From contig NC_068996.1 of NCBI RefSeq assembly GCF_001194135.2, positions 327,858 through 366,989 on the forward strand: 39,132 nt of DNA, given 5' to 3'. The position numbers and the translations under genes are program-made. Shown one piece after another: positions 37,085 through 39,132 of this stretch. Source of the DNA: Octopus bimaculoides (Eukaryota). The notes beneath the pieces were generated by a model. It saw only the letters and a list, made by a program, of their open reading frames with translations. It searched no databases and was not told the origin of the DNA. Numbering within the stretch: position 1 is the stretch's first letter; every line of letters starts with the position of its first letter.

Positions 37085-37585
37085 TCTACTCAATGGTAAA
37101 GTTATGTCGAATAGCTGCTGGCATGTGTGGAACGGATTCGTCTATAGGCCGACTCCATAAGGATGGTTGCCCACTGCTTCCTTTAATTGTGTGGGTAAGG
37201 CAGTTTTCCTTTATCTGGTGGTTGCTGCGAAAGAGGTCTAACGGACGAGAGTGAAAGGCACGAGGACAGAGGCATTCCTCTTTAGTTGAGCCCTCCCTCA
37301 TTGATATTTTCAAGCTTTACTTGAAAAGAAAAGTGATGGTGGAGAGGAGAGGTGTGTCCGTGAGCGAATTTATTGAAAGATGGGTGGAAGTTGCGAAAAG
37401 GGCAAGAGTGAATGGTACCGCTCTAAGTATAGGCCTGTGTGTTGGAAAAGAGGAATTGGAGAGGTTGGAAAAAAGGAATTGGAGAGGACATCTGTCCTTG
37501 GTGTTCAGGGATATCTTCGACAGTAGTGTTCCTCAATTATACATAAAGGTCCTCCTATATTAAGAGGACTGCATAAATAGAATAA
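37085..37585 (+). mobile_element. L1/Tx1-clade LINE 3' fragment
   Basis: ASFNCVGKAVFLYLVVAAKEV...TRVKG...LKRKVMVERR...FIERWVEVAK resembles a Tx1-type ORF2 C-terminus. A purine-rich UTR follows. Confidence 0.6.
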
Positions 37586-37589
37586 TTTT

Positions 37590-38810
37590 TACCATTCTTT
37601 TCTCCTTTTACTTTTGTATAATTCATGGTTATACCATTTATCTGTATGTTCAAATCCTAGCTTTCTACATAACTCTCAGTTGATTACTCTCCCTAGATTG
37701 TCATGTCTTTTCTTGTATTTTCTCTGAGCCAGCATGCTACATTCACTTACTATATGAGTAATGCTTTCCTCTTTGATTTGCATAATTTACATTGGGACTC
37801 TACCTGGTTTTTGTCTATCTTGGCTTTTATCCAATTAATCCTTAATGCTTGCTCTTGTGCAGCTACTAACAACCTTCCTGTCTCCCTCTTCAGCTTTCCT
37901 TTCTGCAACCATAACCATGTCTCACTACGAATATTTGCTGCAACTATCTTTGGGAATCTTCCATGCAACGTCTTCTCCTGCCAGTCAGATAATTTCTTAC
38001 TTTTTTTTCTGGTTTTCAAATTCGTTTGGGTGTTTAGATTCTCTATGTCTTGCTGTGACTCTAGCAGTTTTTAATAAACTTTCTTCCCTATCGTTTACAT
38101 AGGAGTCTATATCTACTCTAGCTAACTCCACGCAGTCTTCTGCTGATATTAACCCTCTTCTGCCTTCCTTTCTAGACAAGTATAATCTTGCTACTCCTGC
38201 CCTTGGGTGGAGTCCTCCATTCACATTGAATTCCTTCCTAGTTCTTCTGTCAAGCTTTGCTAATTCAGTTTTTGTCCAATCTACAAAAGCTGCTGAGTAT
38301 CTAAGTAATGACACCGCCCAAGTATTTACAACCTTCACTAGATTCGGACCATTTAGCTTTGACTTAATTAGCTTCATCACCCTTCTGATGTACTCCTTCT
38401 CAATTTTCGTTTTCATTTCTATAGTTAGTACTGTGTCAGATTCTAATTCTCCTAGATACTTATAACTCTCTCCTCCTTTCAGTGATTTTAATGTCTAAAC
38501 ATTTGATGATTGGATGCCTTCAATGTTGACTACCTGTCTCCTTCTCACGATTAATATTGCACACTTATCTATGACAAATTCCATGCCTCTCTCATTACTG
38601 GAGAGTCTTACAGTCTGTATTTTAAGGAATCTATCTCTTTTTCATTCTTACTAAAAAGAACTCCAGATCATCCATGTGGAGCAAATGGGTAATTGTTCCA
38701 TTACTATTTCTGAACTGATACCCTACCTCTACCTTCATTAATACTAAACTAAGGTGGTTCAAATATAAGACAAAAATTAAAGAGGACAACAAGTCACCCT
38801 GGAAAAAATG
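37590..38810 (-). mobile_element. R4/Dong-type LINE fragment B, 5'-truncated within RT
   Basis: IFQGDLLSSLIF, THLLHMDDL, SYKYLG, KLNGPNLVKVVNTWAVSLLRYS, LYLSRKEGRRGL, WLQKGKLKRETGRLLVAAQEQAL, CKLCK..E.ITHIVSEC (CCHC), YKKRHD. Confidence 0.93.
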
Positions 38811-39132
38811 TTATTGTTATTTTTTTAAAAATAAAATATGGTCCGTTGTCTTCTGCTGAACCGAGGTCATCCCTTGACCCTAGGGTCAAAGCAGGTCCAC
38901 ATCTCATGGAGAGTACACGGCGTAAAATGTGTGCGGAACCTAGCAACACTATTTTCTGAAGTTCTCCCACGTTAACACTGAAAGGGAGTTTGTTGAGCTG
39001 CTTATCAAGGCCCTTTTTTAATTAGCCCTAACGCTCCAATCACCACTGGTGCTGTGCTGCTTTTCATTCCCCACATCTTGGTCACTTCTATTTCTAGGTC
39101 TTTGTACTTAAATAACTTCTCAACTTCTGTAA
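38811..39132 (-). mobile_element. R4/Dong-type LINE fragment A, 3' end (continues beyond the window)
   Basis: EKLFKYKDLEIEVTKMWGMK...PVVIGALGLIKKG...ELQKIVLLGSAHILRRVLS, then a short UTR and the tail aaaaaaataacaataa. Confidence 0.9.

Noticed and set aside
1-39132. CRISPR arrays, rRNA genes, operons
   Set aside because: No repeat-spacer structure, no rRNA-like sequence and no prokaryotic gene organisation.

Overview
AT-rich eukaryotic scaffold with 12 N-gaps. The SINE and microsatellite make-up points to a cephalopod, most likely Octopus (inference). No intact or recognisable host gene is visible. Nearly all long ORFs in the track are artefacts of microsatellites or of reading through N-gaps. 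The window is a mosaic of (TA)n, (CA)n, (TACA)n, (ATAG)n and (AAT)n repeats, tRNA-derived SINEs and decayed transposons. These include a Penelope-like GIY-YIG element with an inverted 3'-UTR/pseudo-LTR, an RTE LINE 3' half, R4/Dong-type RT-RLE LINE pieces at two loci, two L1/Tx1 pieces, CR1-like tails, a mariner and a DD37D maT element. The most interesting signal is a set of minimal type I hammerhead-ribozyme motifs with palindromic, loopless or short stem III, the dimer-type design associated with Penelope-like elements. They fall into three sequence families: one near-canonical copy (13125-13168), a variant with a CUGUCGA core (21944-21979, plus two decayed copies forming a fold-back at 5533-5772) and a decayed copy at the end of the Penelope inverted arm (4644-4691). 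All alignments and folds were done by eye, and boundaries of degraded elements are approximate.
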